From a virus (lineage: Duplodnaviria; Caudoviricetes), in IMG/VR virus record IMGVR_UViG_3300037518_000160, positions 1 through 40,585 of that record: a DNA stretch of 40,585 nucleotides. One strand, given 5' to 3'. The notes under the pieces were generated by a model. That model was not told the origin of the DNA. It worked only from the letters and a program-made list of their open reading frames with translations, and ran no database searches. Positions 26,949 to 34,785 of the stretch are shown here, in pieces (the stretch's first letter is position 1; each line of letters opens with the position of its first letter). The position numbers were made by a program, and so were the translations under genes.

Positions 26949-27575
26949 TTAGGGCGCGATCGACGCAAGAAGCTCTTTCTCAGATGCCTCTGCATCTATA
27001 AGTGCGAGATACGCCTTGCCGAATGGATGATCTTGCGGTACTAGCACCATTCCCTCCGGCACCTTCGCCGTACCGCTAGGCGCGGTCTCCGATAGGGCGA
27101 GGAGAGCTCTGGTACGCTCGATCAGTACGGATACTTGCTCGATCGACTCGTCTTTCATGAGCCGCTCCAACCAACCACACATTTCAGTCAGCAACTCCGC
27201 TTTCTCGAAGTCAGCGGCAGTGGTGAAGTAACGCGGCCTCGGGTTGCAGTCCTTCTGCCCCTTGGTCTTGATGGACTGCACGCCGTTCGTAGGTACGTCG
27301 GCTGGCCTCCAGATGTGGCTGCAGCCGTGGCACAAGTGAGACTTATGCGGAGGATTCGTCCAATCCGGCGCGCGCTCGTCTGGCGCATCAATGTGCTGCT
27401 CGCCGCACTGTGGGCACCACAGCAGCATGTCGATTGGCGCTGTCGCAGGCTGCGGCGCTTCCGGCAGGGTAGCGCGCAGCATGTCGCTACTCGCTTGCCA
27501 AGCGGCCCACATGCTCTCTGTAGGCTTCCAATTACCCTCGGCAGCCCATTTTAAAAATAGCTTGCGTTCGTTCAT
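26949..27575 (-). CDS. Hypothetical protein with a Zn-ribbon module
   Basis: PIDMLLWCPQCGEQHIDAP...WTNPPHKSHLCHGCSHIWRPADVPTNGV; KVPEGMVLVP. Confidence 0.65.
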   Translation of the reverse strand: MNERKLFLKWAAEGNWKPTESMWAAWQASSDMLRATLPEAPQPATAPIDMLLWCPQCGEQHIDAPDERAPDWTNPPHKSHLCHGCSHIWRPADVPTNGVQSIKTKGQKDCNPRPRYFTTAADFEKAELLTEMCGWLERLMKDESIEQVSVLIERTRALLALSETAPSGTAKVPEGMVLVPQDHPFGKAYLALIDAEASEKELLASIAP

Positions 27576-27889
27576 TCTTTGACCTTCGGCATGGTGGTTA
27601 TGAGCTTGAGAATGTCTCGCCAGATTCCGTTCTGCGCTGCCCAATAACCGCGCTCCCACGTAGTCTCAGGATTATCGGACTTCGGCTTGGCAATCTCCGC
27701 GCAGCGGTTAGCCACTTCCCGCGCGCTCGGCGCAGTGGCAGATAGGGCGACAACAGCACGCGACAGCTTCAGCGCGTCGAGGGCGTCCTGGTCGCGCTCG
27801 GGCTGGATGCCTTTACGCTCCAAGTCCTCCCAACTCTCTATCAGGTAGTTGGCGAGTTCAAGGGCTTCGCGTTCGGTAGGCTCTTTCAT
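27572..27889 (-). CDS. Hypothetical protein
   Basis: ATGA-coupled. Confidence 0.6.
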   Translation of the reverse strand: MKEPTEREALELANYLIESWEDLERKGIQPERDQDALDALKLSRAVVALSATAPSAREVANRCAEIAKPKSDNPETTWERGYWAAQNGIWRDILKLITTMPKVKE

Positions 27890-28185
27890 TTCATGGCATC
27901 CTTTATGTCCTTGGCAAGTTGCACCAGTTCTGGCTCACCGGATTCACGCAGACGAGCCGTGTAGGGCACAGCCTCGATCTTGGTGATGGTGTCCTCGCCG
28001 CCAAGGCCGTGGATCATCCTGTTGATAGCCCGGATCGCCTCGCCTCGTGCGTTCGCAATCGGCTGATCCACGATGTACGTCTTGTAGAGTGAATCCATCG
28101 CTTCGGCACATCGCTGGATGTTCAGGACGCGCCACCTTTCTGCACTGAGCGGCCCCGGTGCCTCAGACGAGAGCTTTTCGGTCAT
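27886..28185 (-). CDS. Hypothetical protein
   Basis: ATGA-coupled, SD GAGGA. Confidence 0.6.
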   Translation of the reverse strand: MTEKLSSEAPGPLSAERWRVLNIQRCAEAMDSLYKTYIVDQPIANARGEAIRAINRMIHGLGGEDTITKIEAVPYTARLRESGEPELVQLAKDIKDAMK

Positions 28186-28337
28186 GGCTTCCTCGCTGCA
28201 CGTTGTCCGGCTTTGAATGCGTTGCGGGCGATAGACTTCACCACGCTGGCTTGCCACGCCTCTATGTGGGGGACGTTGGTGCGGGCGCGTGCCCACCAGT
28301 CCGCAAAGCGCCTCGGTGGGGTACTGGAGCCGGTCAC
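28182..28337 (-). CDS. Hypothetical 51-aa protein
   Basis: Read from sequence: MTGSSTPPRRFADWW...ARNAFKAGQRAARKP; 4-nt overlaps at both ends. Confidence 0.55.
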   Translation of the reverse strand: MTGSSTPPRRFADWWARARTNVPHIEAWQASVVKSIARNAFKAGQRAARKP

Positions 28338-28540
28338 AGCACGTATTCCTTGTTCACCACGTTATCCTCCGGCATCGGAAATACGTCAAAGCTGTTCTGA
28401 CCGCCCTCGCGCCATGAGTGTTTGTCATTGCACTGTGCAGCGACTTCATCAGCGCGCTTCTGTTCGGTGAACACCCCAACGATGTTCGAGGAAACTCCGC
28501 ACTCGATGCAGCCGACATTGACAACAATCCACTTGCTCAT
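28334..28540 (-). CDS. Hypothetical protein (MSKWIVVNVGCIECGV...)
   Basis: SD GGAGG; CxxC. Confidence 0.6.
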   Translation of the reverse strand: MSKWIVVNVGCIECGVSSNIVGVFTEQKRADEVAAQCNDKHSWREGGQNSFDVFPMPEDNVVNKEYVL

Positions 28541-28577
28541 CGTTCCTCCTGCTTCGTTGTGTAGCTGTTCCGGCGAA

Positions 28578-28778
28578 TCACGCGGGCTTGTCCACAATGG
28601 ACTCCAACTCAGCGATGTAGCAGTTGGCACATTTGCCAGTGCGGAATAGTTGGCCGTAGTGTCCACATGAACAGGAGCCAACGCTGATCTGTTCCAGATC
28701 CTCCGCTTGTGCTTGCACAGCGTCCTCTGTCAGCTTTAGCGCGGCCTTCATATTTGGATCGTTCATGTCGATCATGGA
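28578..28778 (-). CDS. Hypothetical Cys-rich protein
   Basis: SD GGAGGT; CSC...CANC. Confidence 0.55.
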   Translation of the reverse strand, partial: SMIDMNDPNMKAALKLTEDAVQAQAEDLEQISVGSCSCGHYGQLFRTGKCANCYIAELESIVDKPA

Positions 28779-28791
28779 TACCTCCAGTTGG

Positions 28792-29007
28792 TTATTTACG
28801 CGAAGGCTGTGACGCACGAGCACAGGCTGAGGCGCGGTCTTCGGCGTCCTTCAATTGAAGGCGCAGGGCTGATAGTTGGGAACCAGCCATCATCGAAGCA
28901 TCCCTCTCTGCGGCTAGCTCACGCTCTAACTGGCAGCCGTGGGCAAATAGCACGTCAGCAGGCTCGCTGATAAGAGCGTCTGTTCTGGGGGTACTGGAGT
29001 CCGTCAT
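28792..29007 (-). CDS. Hypothetical protein (TPRTDA motif)
   Basis: MTDSSTPRTDA...QLERELA; SD GGAGG. Confidence 0.6.
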   Translation of the reverse strand: MTDSSTPRTDALISEPADVLFAHGCQLERELAAERDASMMAGSQLSALRLQLKDAEDRASACARASQPSRK

Positions 29008-29044
29008 TGTTCCTCCTAATCGTTCGTGCCGAAGATTGGGGCGC

Positions 29045-29311
29045 TCACGCCGTTGTCTCGCCAAGCCGAGTAAGCAGGGCATTGACCGCCTTGCGCGTCT
29101 CGCCCTCGCCTGTGTATCCAGCGATAGTCCAAAGCATCTCGACCATCTCTGGATAGTGGTTGCAGGCGTGGACGATGTAGGCGGCGTCTTCAATCGGCCA
29201 TACCTGCAACTGCTGCGCCCTATCGTTCTGCCGGACGACAAGTGTGCCTCCGTTGGAACATTCTTCTGTGTGCCACGGCAGCGTCGTTGCAGGTTTTTGT
29301 TTGGCTTTCAT
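29045..29311 (-). CDS. Hypothetical phage protein
   Basis: TLPW...DAAYIVHACN motif; SD GGAGG. Confidence 0.65.
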   Translation of the reverse strand: MKAKQKPATTLPWHTEECSNGGTLVVRQNDRAQQLQVWPIEDAAYIVHACNHYPEMVEMLWTIAGYTGEGETRKAVNALLTRLGETTA

Positions 29312-29337
29312 TGTTCCTCCTCGCTCGTTGTGATTAC

Positions 29338-29532
29338 CTACTGCAGCGCAGCGTCTATTGCTGCTTCCTGCTCCGGCGTAGCAGCAACTTGATGCGCGGC
29401 CCAGTTCGCCTTCTGCTCCGGCGTCATTTCTTCCGGGCAGTATTCGAGCATCAGCGCGTCCACCTTGGCTTGTAGGGACTCGGCCTTTGCCTTCCAGTAG
29501 TCGGCCTGCGTCGCGTATTTGCTCATCGTCAT
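29338..29532 (-). CDS. Hypothetical phage protein
   Basis: QAKVDALMLEYCPEEMTPEQ..NW..HQ. Confidence 0.65.
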   Translation of the reverse strand: MTMSKYATQADYWKAKAESLQAKVDALMLEYCPEEMTPEQKANWAAHQVAATPEQEAAIDAALQ

Positions 29533-29559
29533 ATTGTTCCTCTCAGTAGTAGCGCGAAG

Positions 29560-29784
29560 CTAGGCGGCTGCGTTGTGATCGGACGGAACCCACTTTCGGA
29601 TCACGCCATTGGCCGGTCGGATGCACGTCTGCGTGAAACCGAGGGCGTGAAGTTGGCGCAGTACCGTGTTCGCCAGAGCCTCGTCCATCACACAGGAATC
29701 GCGCTTCGTCCTGAAGTAGCGCGGCTTGCCTTCCTCGAACCCGGCGTATAGGTCGCCGTCAGAATTTACGATTACGCAGTCCAT
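29560..29784 (-). CDS. Hypothetical protein
   Basis: SD AAGGAG. Confidence 0.6.
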   Translation of the reverse strand: MDCVIVNSDGDLYAGFEEGKPRYFRTKRDSCVMDEALANTVLRQLHALGFTQTCIRPANGVIRKWVPSDHNAAA

Positions 29785-29829
29785 CTATTTCTCCTTGTCA
29801 TTCGTGCAGAACCTTACAGGGGCGTTTGG

Positions 29830-30048
29830 TCAGCCCCAACATTCGAGTTCATCATTCACCGCGTCATTGGGAGCATAGGCGAGCGCATTTTTCAAACCAC
29901 CCTTTGCATCTAAGGTGGCTCCCCATCCCAAATGAGCGAGAACCCAGGCATACTTCCAGCCTATTTTGGTGGCGCGTTTAATCAAGATCGCGTAGCGCAT
30001 CTTCCACAGCCAGATATAGAAGCGTTGCAATGGGGTCGAAGGTTTCAT
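29830..30048 (-). CDS. Hypothetical protein
   Basis: ATGA-coupled; lower GC than its neighbours. Confidence 0.5.
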   Translation of the reverse strand: MKPSTPLQRFYIWLWKMRYAILIKRATKIGWKYAWVLAHLGWGATLDAKGGLKNALAYAPNDAVNDELECWG

Positions 30049-30422
30049 GCTGCAATCCTCCTTGGTTCGCATCGGCTACTTTTCCTGACGATTACCCAAT
30101 AGCAGTGCGTGTTCTTCGCGTGATGGGCGATCTTCCAGCGCCCGCTCTTGAGGTTGCCCCCGCAGGGGTCGCGCTTGATGATAAGGTCGCACGGCATCAG
30201 CCCGGCCTCACGCACTTTCTGGTTGAACATGGACAGGTTCCACTGGTAACGATGGTTGTGGACGTAGTCCTTGATCTTGGAGAACACCAGCCCGTCATCG
30301 CGCAGGACACGCGCCGCTTCACGCAGGAACGGGGCGTGCAGGCTCTCGATGTTGTCAGCTTTGACGCCGCGAGAAGGGTTGCGGACCCATGCCGAAGCAG
30401 CGGCGGGCGGGAGCGTTCTCAT
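30045..30422 (-). pseudogene. C-terminal half of a DNA methyltransferase-like protein
   Basis: FLREAARVLRDDGLVFSKIKD...CDLII...HAKNTHCYWVIVRK present; no DPPx catalytic or SAM-binding motif upstream. Confidence 0.5.
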
Positions 30423-30718
30423 GCGGCTACTTTCATTCCGGTTTCCCACAGCAGCCGCTCGACCTCGCGGTTCGTCCACGCGAGCAGCCGCACGTCGTCC
30501 AATTTGTGCGAGAGGTAGAAAGCGCGCCGACTCTCGCGGTGAAGCTGACGGTGGTGCATGGCGCAAAGGGGCGCCGTCGCAAAATCTGAATGTTCCCCGC
30601 GCACCGACTCAAGGTGGTGCGCTTCTTCGGCTGGCACTTGAACGCCATGCCGATTCACGCATACCACGCAGGGCAGCCGGTGGATCAGCCCGAGCCAGCG
30701 CTTGGAAGCGGCGCTCAT
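30419..30718 (-). CDS. Ref/DUF968-like HNH-fold nuclease
   Basis: LPCVVC...EAHH...PLCAMHH. Confidence 0.7.
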   Translation of the reverse strand: MSAASKRWLGLIHRLPCVVCVNRHGVQVPAEEAHHLESVRGEHSDFATAPLCAMHHRQLHRESRRAFYLSHKLDDVRLLAWTNREVERLLWETGMKVAA

Positions 30719-31209
30719 TCGATTTTCAGCCTATCGCCCTGGACCAGATGGGCGCCATCGATGATTACGCCGGCCTTCAAGTCTTCCCGGATCTTGTTCC
30801 GATCTGGTTCCCGTTTCTCTGGAATGATGCGCTCGTATTCGGCGGGGACTGGCCCCGTGAGTTCCACGGCCGGCGGGTTCTTGACTATCTTCGCCTTGAA
30901 GGTGCCGTCGTTCGCTCGGATCTCGGTGATGCCGAGCACCTTCATGTTCGTGTAGAGATATCCACGAAGGCCGTCCGCCTTGCGCTGCGCAGAATCTGCA
31001 CGGGCCTTGAGCTTCTTGGCTGCATTGGCGATCGCTTCGGCCTCGGCCTCGATGTTCAGCACGAAGGCGACGACGTTCTGGCCCTTGAGGGCGATCTGAC
31101 CTTCTAGGTTCGCCAGGGCTTGGTGGACCTGTTCCGCGTCGGCATCATCCGGTAGCTCGGACAATGCCGTGCGGTACTGATCCGTCAGGGCGTAGAGGGA
31201 GAGGTTCAT
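30715..31209 (-). CDS. Siphovirus Gp157-family protein
   Basis: MNLSLYAL, coiled coil, KNPPAV...VPAEY...PDRNKI..DLKAG..IDGAHL. Confidence 0.9.
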   Translation of the reverse strand: MNLSLYALTDQYRTALSELPDDADAEQVHQALANLEGQIALKGQNVVAFVLNIEAEAEAIANAAKKLKARADSAQRKADGLRGYLYTNMKVLGITEIRANDGTFKAKIVKNPPAVELTGPVPAEYERIIPEKREPDRNKIREDLKAGVIIDGAHLVQGDRLKIE

Positions 31210-31601
31210 CAGAACGGGATGTCGTCGGCCATGTCGTCGAACTTGGAGCCGGTCTTCGGGTGAACGCGGGTGGGCTCTTTTTCCTTGCCCTTGAAGCGTA
31301 GCCCGCCCACAAGCTCGCCGCCGAAGGTCACGTTGTCATCCGTGAACAGGACGATCTCTTTCCCGGTCCATTCGTCTGTGTTGTCGGACCCGAGGACTTT
31401 TTCGGCGATCTTGATGTTGGTGGAATTGAGTACCATCGGCTTGGCAAACTCCTTGAACCGGACGGCCCACTTGTATTCCGGGGCAGCGTCTTCCTTCGCG
31501 AGGTTTACCTTGCCGATTTTGATGATGGTGACGATGACCGGATCAGGCACGTCGGAAGTCTTCAGGTACTTGGACTGGATCATGTCGCTGGTGCGTGGCA
31601 T
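31209..31601 (-). CDS. Single-stranded DNA-binding protein-like
   Basis: SKYLK, PMVLNSTN, WTGKEIVL, acidic SSB-type tail DDMADDIPF. Confidence 0.7.
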   Translation of the reverse strand: MPRTSDMIQSKYLKTSDVPDPVIVTIIKIGKVNLAKEDAAPEYKWAVRFKEFAKPMVLNSTNIKIAEKVLGSDNTDEWTGKEIVLFTDDNVTFGGELVGGLRFKGKEKEPTRVHPKTGSKFDDMADDIPF

Positions 31602-31777
31602 TACGTTCTCCTCTGTCGAATAGTTGCTTGCCATTGCCGCGAAAGCCCGCACTCGCTGGCGAGAAGCGCGGCTTGTTCTTTCAGCCCACAAGCGGCTATT
31701 TCCATGAGCGCCTGTAGTAGGATGGCTTCGCGCTCCTCGTCTGCAATCTGATGCTGATAGTCGAGGCGGGCGTTCAC
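31601..31777 (-). CDS. Hypothetical protein
   Basis: Coupled ORF; ALLASECGL. Confidence 0.55.
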   Translation of the reverse strand: MNARLDYQHQIADEEREAILLQALMEIAACGLKEQAALLASECGLSRQWQATIRQRRT

Positions 31778-32079
31778 AGTGTTCCCTTCGTGACCGTGCC
31801 GCCCTCGTAGACGCACTTGGCGTAGCAGAGCTTCTTGTCTGGCTGGTGCACGACTTGGACGCGAAGGTGCTTGCCTCGGTGTATCTTCAGGCAGTCGCAG
31901 AGCAACTCCCGGTAGTAGGCGCGGGCGCGCTTGACGCGCATCTCCTTCTCCATCGCCTCGATTACGAGCTGGTCGGCGTAGTCGCCGCCGTAGGGCCAGC
32001 CGCTGCCGACGAAGCCGAAGGCGGCGAGCAGAAGGGCGAGGGCGCACACGCCGCCGATGATTTCGTGGAGCAGCCTCAT
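31774..32079 (-). CDS. Hypothetical protein with an N-terminal TM segment
   Basis: IIGGVCALALLLAAFGFVG; SD GGAGGT. Confidence 0.6.
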   Translation of the reverse strand: MRLLHEIIGGVCALALLLAAFGFVGSGWPYGGDYADQLVIEAMEKEMRVKRARAYYRELLCDCLKIHRGKHLRVQVVHQPDKKLCYAKCVYEGGTVTKGTL

Positions 32080-32252
32080 TTCCCGCACCTCCACCTACGC
32101 CGCGTGCTGGCCGGGGCTTGGGCGTGCGCCATCCAGAACACCCATAAGCGAATCCGCGCAGACCCTACGAAGCCGCCCAGCAAATCGCGCCGCGCCAGTT
32201 GCAGAAGCTCCATGAGGTCGCCGTACCTGCTCGCGTACTGGTTGCCGCTCAC
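32076..32252 (-). CDS. Hypothetical 58-aa protein
   Basis: Read from sequence; 4-nt overlaps at both ends. Confidence 0.45.
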   Translation of the reverse strand: MSGNQYASRYGDLMELLQLARRDLLGGFVGSARIRLWVFWMAHAQAPASTRRRWRCGK

Positions 32253-32476
32253 TTGTCGCGCTCCGCGAGCATGGCGTCGGCGATTTGAAAGATATGCGTT
32301 GGAACATTTCTAAAAAAATGGTCCGCGCCGAAACAGGCTCCATTCGCTTTGAAGTATTCCGCGATAATCTGACTGGCGATTGCCGCAGCGAAGTAGTCGC
32401 GCAGGGACATGCCGATTAGCAACGGATGCAGCGATTGATCGCCAACCGGAAACGCTGGCCCGCCGTCAGGTTTCAT
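32249..32476 (-). CDS. Conserved small phage protein (GGPAFP...GMSLRDYFAA family)
   Basis: GGPAFP, GMSLRDYFAA, IADAMLAER. Confidence 0.8.
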   Translation of the reverse strand: MKPDGGPAFPVGDQSLHPLLIGMSLRDYFAAAIASQIIAEYFKANGACFGADHFFRNVPTHIFQIADAMLAERDK

Positions 32477-32658
32477 AGTTCGCTCCTCGCTGCGTTGACG
32501 CGCAGCACCAGCTCGGCAAACTCGGCAACGTCGTCACGTTCACGCTTGGGCGCGTGCGGATTTTCTGCCCGCCACAGGTAGCACTCGCCGGCCTTGGAAC
32601 ACTCGCCGGCAGCGACAGGGCAGCCGATGGGGGAGACGCACTTCACCACGGCCACCAC
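32473..32658 (-). CDS. Hypothetical Cys-rich protein
   Basis: ORF in operon; start uncertain. Confidence 0.45.
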   Translation of the reverse strand: MVAVVKCVSPIGCPVAAGECSKAGECYLWRAENPHAPKRERDDVAEFAELVLRVNAARSEL

Positions 32659-32762
32659 TTCATAAGCGCGAGCACCGCAGCGATGACGGCCGCGTAGATG
32701 CCGAGGGAGATAACCCCGGCGAGCGCGATCCCGCGAACGGTGTCCAGGTCGTCGGGCTTCAT
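32643..32762 (-). CDS. 39-aa single-TM peptide
   Basis: Read from sequence: MKPDDLDTVRGIALAGVISLGIYAAVIAAVLALMKWWPW. Confidence 0.55.
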   Translation of the reverse strand: MKPDDLDTVRGIALAGVISLGIYAAVIAAVLALMKWWPW

Positions 32763-33022
32763 GCAGCCCGTCCTTCCTGTCCTGCTGCGCGGCGAGCTAG
32801 GCAGTATTGTTTGATGTCGTCTAGAGAGAAGCCCGCGTTGCGCAACGCCACGAACGGCATGCGCTCGATCTGGTGCACCGGCAACTTGTCGAGGAAGGCT
32901 CTACCATTGGGGAAGTTGTTGAGCCCGCATGGCGCACAGGCGTAGTGCCGGACGCCGTACTTGAACAGGGGCGTCTTGAAGTTGTCCATGCGGCAGAACC
33001 GGCAGTGGTTGATGGTGTTCAA
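32759..33022 (-). CDS. Hypothetical Zn-binding protein
   Basis: CRFC...KYGVRHYACAPC; TTG start with GGAGGT SD. Confidence 0.6.
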   Translation of the reverse strand: MNTINHCRFCRMDNFKTPLFKYGVRHYACAPCGLNNFPNGRAFLDKLPVHQIERMPFVALRNAGFSLDDIKQYCLARRAAGQEGRAA

Positions 33023-33258
33023 GCTGACCTCCGCGCTTTTCTGGCGGCGACCTTCTCTGCACGCTCGCGCGCGACGCGCTGCTTGACGGCCAGCGACCAA
33101 GCAGCCCCGAGGTCGAGAACCTCCTCGGAGTGCAAGCCCTTCGGCCGCAGGAGTAGGAGCGAGCCGTGCAGCGTGGCGATCAGAGGGCGCATGCCGCGCT
33201 CTCGCACGTAGGCGCCGGTCTCGCGCGTCACCGAGTTGATCGTGCACTTGGTGGTCAC
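33019..33258 (-). CDS. Hypothetical phage protein
   Basis: VTRET...RPLIATL....LLLRPKG. Confidence 0.6.
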   Translation of the reverse strand: MTTKCTINSVTRETGAYVRERGMRPLIATLHGSLLLLRPKGLHSEEVLDLGAAWSLAVKQRVARERAEKVAARKARRSA

Positions 33259-33476
33259 GCATCCTCCCCGAGTTCGCGCAGGAGGGTACGGGCCTCGCAC
33301 ACTGGGACCGGCATGAACTGCGGTGTGTAGCCGGACTTCTCGCAATGCTCGGTGTATAGGTGCTCGTACTTTCGCGCGAGACTCCGCAGCTCCTCCACCA
33401 GCCGCGCACGATCATTGGCTAACTGTTGGATCACGTCAGGGACGCGACGCAGCGGCGTTGCGGGTGTGTGCTTCAT
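33255..33476 (-). CDS. Hypothetical protein
   Basis: MKHTPATPL...; ATGA-coupled. Confidence 0.55.
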   Translation of the reverse strand: MKHTPATPLRRVPDVIQQLANDRARLVEELRSLARKYEHLYTEHCEKSGYTPQFMPVPVCEARTLLRELGEDA

Positions 33477-33688
33477 TTGTCGCCCCGCGCTTCCGCGCCG
33501 CTCAGGTCGCGCTCGTGGTAGTAGGGAGCTTCTTGGTCGTCCTCCGTGACATCGCGGTAGACGAGTTCGCACCCAACGTGGACGCGGGCACTGAGCCAAT
33601 CCAGCGTGCCGACGCCGATCAGGTAGGCCGCGCCCGTGGGCGACTTGCTGAATCCGACGTACTCCGTTGTGGGTGTGTGCTTGGTCAT
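33473..33688 (-). CDS. Hypothetical protein
   Basis: MTKHTPTT...; SD GAGGAG. Confidence 0.55.
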   Translation of the reverse strand: MTKHTPTTEYVGFSKSPTGAAYLIGVGTLDWLSARVHVGCELVYRDVTEDDQEAPYYHERDLSGAEARGDK

Positions 33689-33861
33689 GCGGCTCTCCTC
33701 ACAAGTTCGTTCGTGCCCAAGTCCCAGCCACGGCGCCACTCGGCATACAGCGGGTCTTCGGGCTGGTACGGGTTGAGGTTGTTCGACAGGGCCAGCCTGC
33801 CGACCCGGGCGCCTTCGGTGAAGGCGGACTGGCGGTGCTGCTCGAGTAGGTTCGCGTCCAT
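33685..33861 (-). CDS. Rmf/CrpP-like small protein, first gene of the PL operon
   Basis: Read from sequence: MDANLLEQHRQSAFTEGARVGRLALSNNLNPYQPEDPLYAEWRRGWDLGTNELVRRAA (AFxEG...NPY...WxxGW). Confidence 0.65.
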   Translation of the reverse strand: MDANLLEQHRQSAFTEGARVGRLALSNNLNPYQPEDPLYAEWRRGWDLGTNELVRRAA

Positions 33862-33870
33862 GTGGAACCG

Positions 33871-33899
33871 AGACTAAAGTAATGCTTTCCTGTTGTCAA
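33871..33899 (-). promoter_or_regulatory. PL-like sigma70 promoter
   Basis: TTGACA-17 nt-TAGTCT on the minus strand, overlapped by two operators. Confidence 0.85.
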
Positions 33900-33910
33900 G
33901 CAATGCTTGA
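33875..33910. promoter_or_regulatory. OL operators: TAAAGTAATGCTTTC (33875-33889) and TCAAGCAATGCTTGA (33896-33910)
   Basis: 15-bp palindromic sites, 21-bp pitch; the second is a perfect palindrome. Confidence 0.85.
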
Positions 33911-33948
33911 TTACGAGGTATGGGGTAGGATTAGGGCGGGGGTGCCCT

Positions 33949-34062
33949 ATGGACGAACAGGTAAAGCTGCTGAAGAAGATCGCCGGGTCGCTGAGCGCCT
34001 TGAACAGCGCGGCGGCGATCATCGCGGTGCTGCTGGTCTACATCGCCTTCAGGGTGAGCTAG
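33949..34062 (+). CDS. 37-aa membrane peptide in the immunity region
   Basis: Read from sequence: MDEQVKLLKKIAGSLSALNSAAAIIAVLLVYIAFRVS. Confidence 0.5.
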   Translation: MDEQVKLLKKIAGSLSALNSAAAIIAVLLVYIAFRVS

Positions 34063-34286
34063 AAGCGGGGCTCGTCCTTGGGGGCGAGGCCGTCCAGGAC
34101 GGCCGCCAGTAGCGGCTCGAAGTCCTCGGAGCTATCGAAGGCTTCCCGCACGGCGAGACCCATCTTGCGGATCGCTCGCTGGCGTTCCTTGCGCAGGATC
34201 AGGCTGCGGCCGCCGCGCTCATAGTGGCGCACCATCCAAGCTGCATTGAGGATAGCGGCCACGAGAGCAGCGTGGTCTGGTGCCAT
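34059..34286 (-). CDS. Hypothetical protein downstream of the repressor
   Basis: 75-aa ORF. Confidence 0.5.
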   Translation of the reverse strand: MAPDHAALVAAILNAAWMVRHYERGGRSLILRKERQRAIRKMGLAVREAFDSSEDFEPLLAAVLDGLAPKDEPRF

Positions 34287-34305
34287 ACCCGACGAACAGC
34301 ATCAA

Positions 34306-34722
34306 CTAGGCGACAGTTGCCCTAAGACCTTGAAGCTTTGTCAGGATTCTGCGCAGCAGCGATTTACCATAATACACAAGCGAAGCGACGCGCGAAGAAA
34401 ATGAGGCGCGCGCATCGTCGGCGGAGAAGGGCGGCAGCAGTAGCGCGAATAGCAGGGCCAGCGGCGCCCCGATCCTGAGCCATGCGTTTTTCGTCTGCCT
34501 GGATTCGCCACGGCGTCCCTCAAGAAAGAACTCGATGGGCTGCCCGGTGATCTCTGCTATCGTTTGCAGGTGCCGCTTGGCGACGCGGCCGGTGGTCCTC
34601 CAGCTATGAACAGCCTGGGGACTCACGTCGCATTGCGCGGCAAGGTCGATCTGCCGGATTGGCGGGTTGTGACCATCCATCGCCGAGGTAATCCGCTTCG
34701 CCAATTCCTTTGCATCAAGCAT
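34306..34722 (-). CDS. CI-like XRE HTH repressor without an S24 peptidase domain; hydrophobic C-terminal segment
   Basis: QIDLAAQCDVSPQAVHSW HTH; divergent from cro with operators between; SD GGAG before ATG 34722. Confidence 0.85.
   Translation of the reverse strand: MLDAKELAKRITSAMDGHNPPIRQIDLAAQCDVSPQAVHSWRTTGRVAKRHLQTIAEITGQPIEFFLEGRRGESRQTKNAWLRIGAPLALLFALLLPPFSADDARASFSSRVASLVYYGKSLLRRILTKLQGLRATVA
34362..34389 (-). other. dif/cer-like XerCD site (candidate attP) inside the repressor gene
   Basis: Minus strand GTCGCTTCGCT-TGTGTA-TTATGGTAAAT versus E. coli dif GGTGCGCATAA-TGTATA-TTATGTTAAAT; XerD arm 10/11, spacer 5/6, XerC arm degenerate. Confidence 0.65.
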
Positions 34723-34785
34723 AAGTTGATTCTCCATTTTGCGGGGCAAACAAGCAATAGTTGACTTCAGGAAAGTAATGCTTTA
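34715..34785. promoter_or_regulatory. OR operators: TCAAGCATAAGTTGA (34715-34729), ACAAGCAATAGTTGA (34750-34764), GAAAGTAATGCTTTA (34771-34785)
   Basis: Same 15-bp consensus as OL; 21-bp pitch between the two rightmost sites. Confidence 0.85.

Noticed and set aside
34200-34520. CTXphi-type paired inverted dif sites forming a ssDNA hairpin attP
   Set aside because: Only one XerD-like arm found; no inverted partner visible nearby
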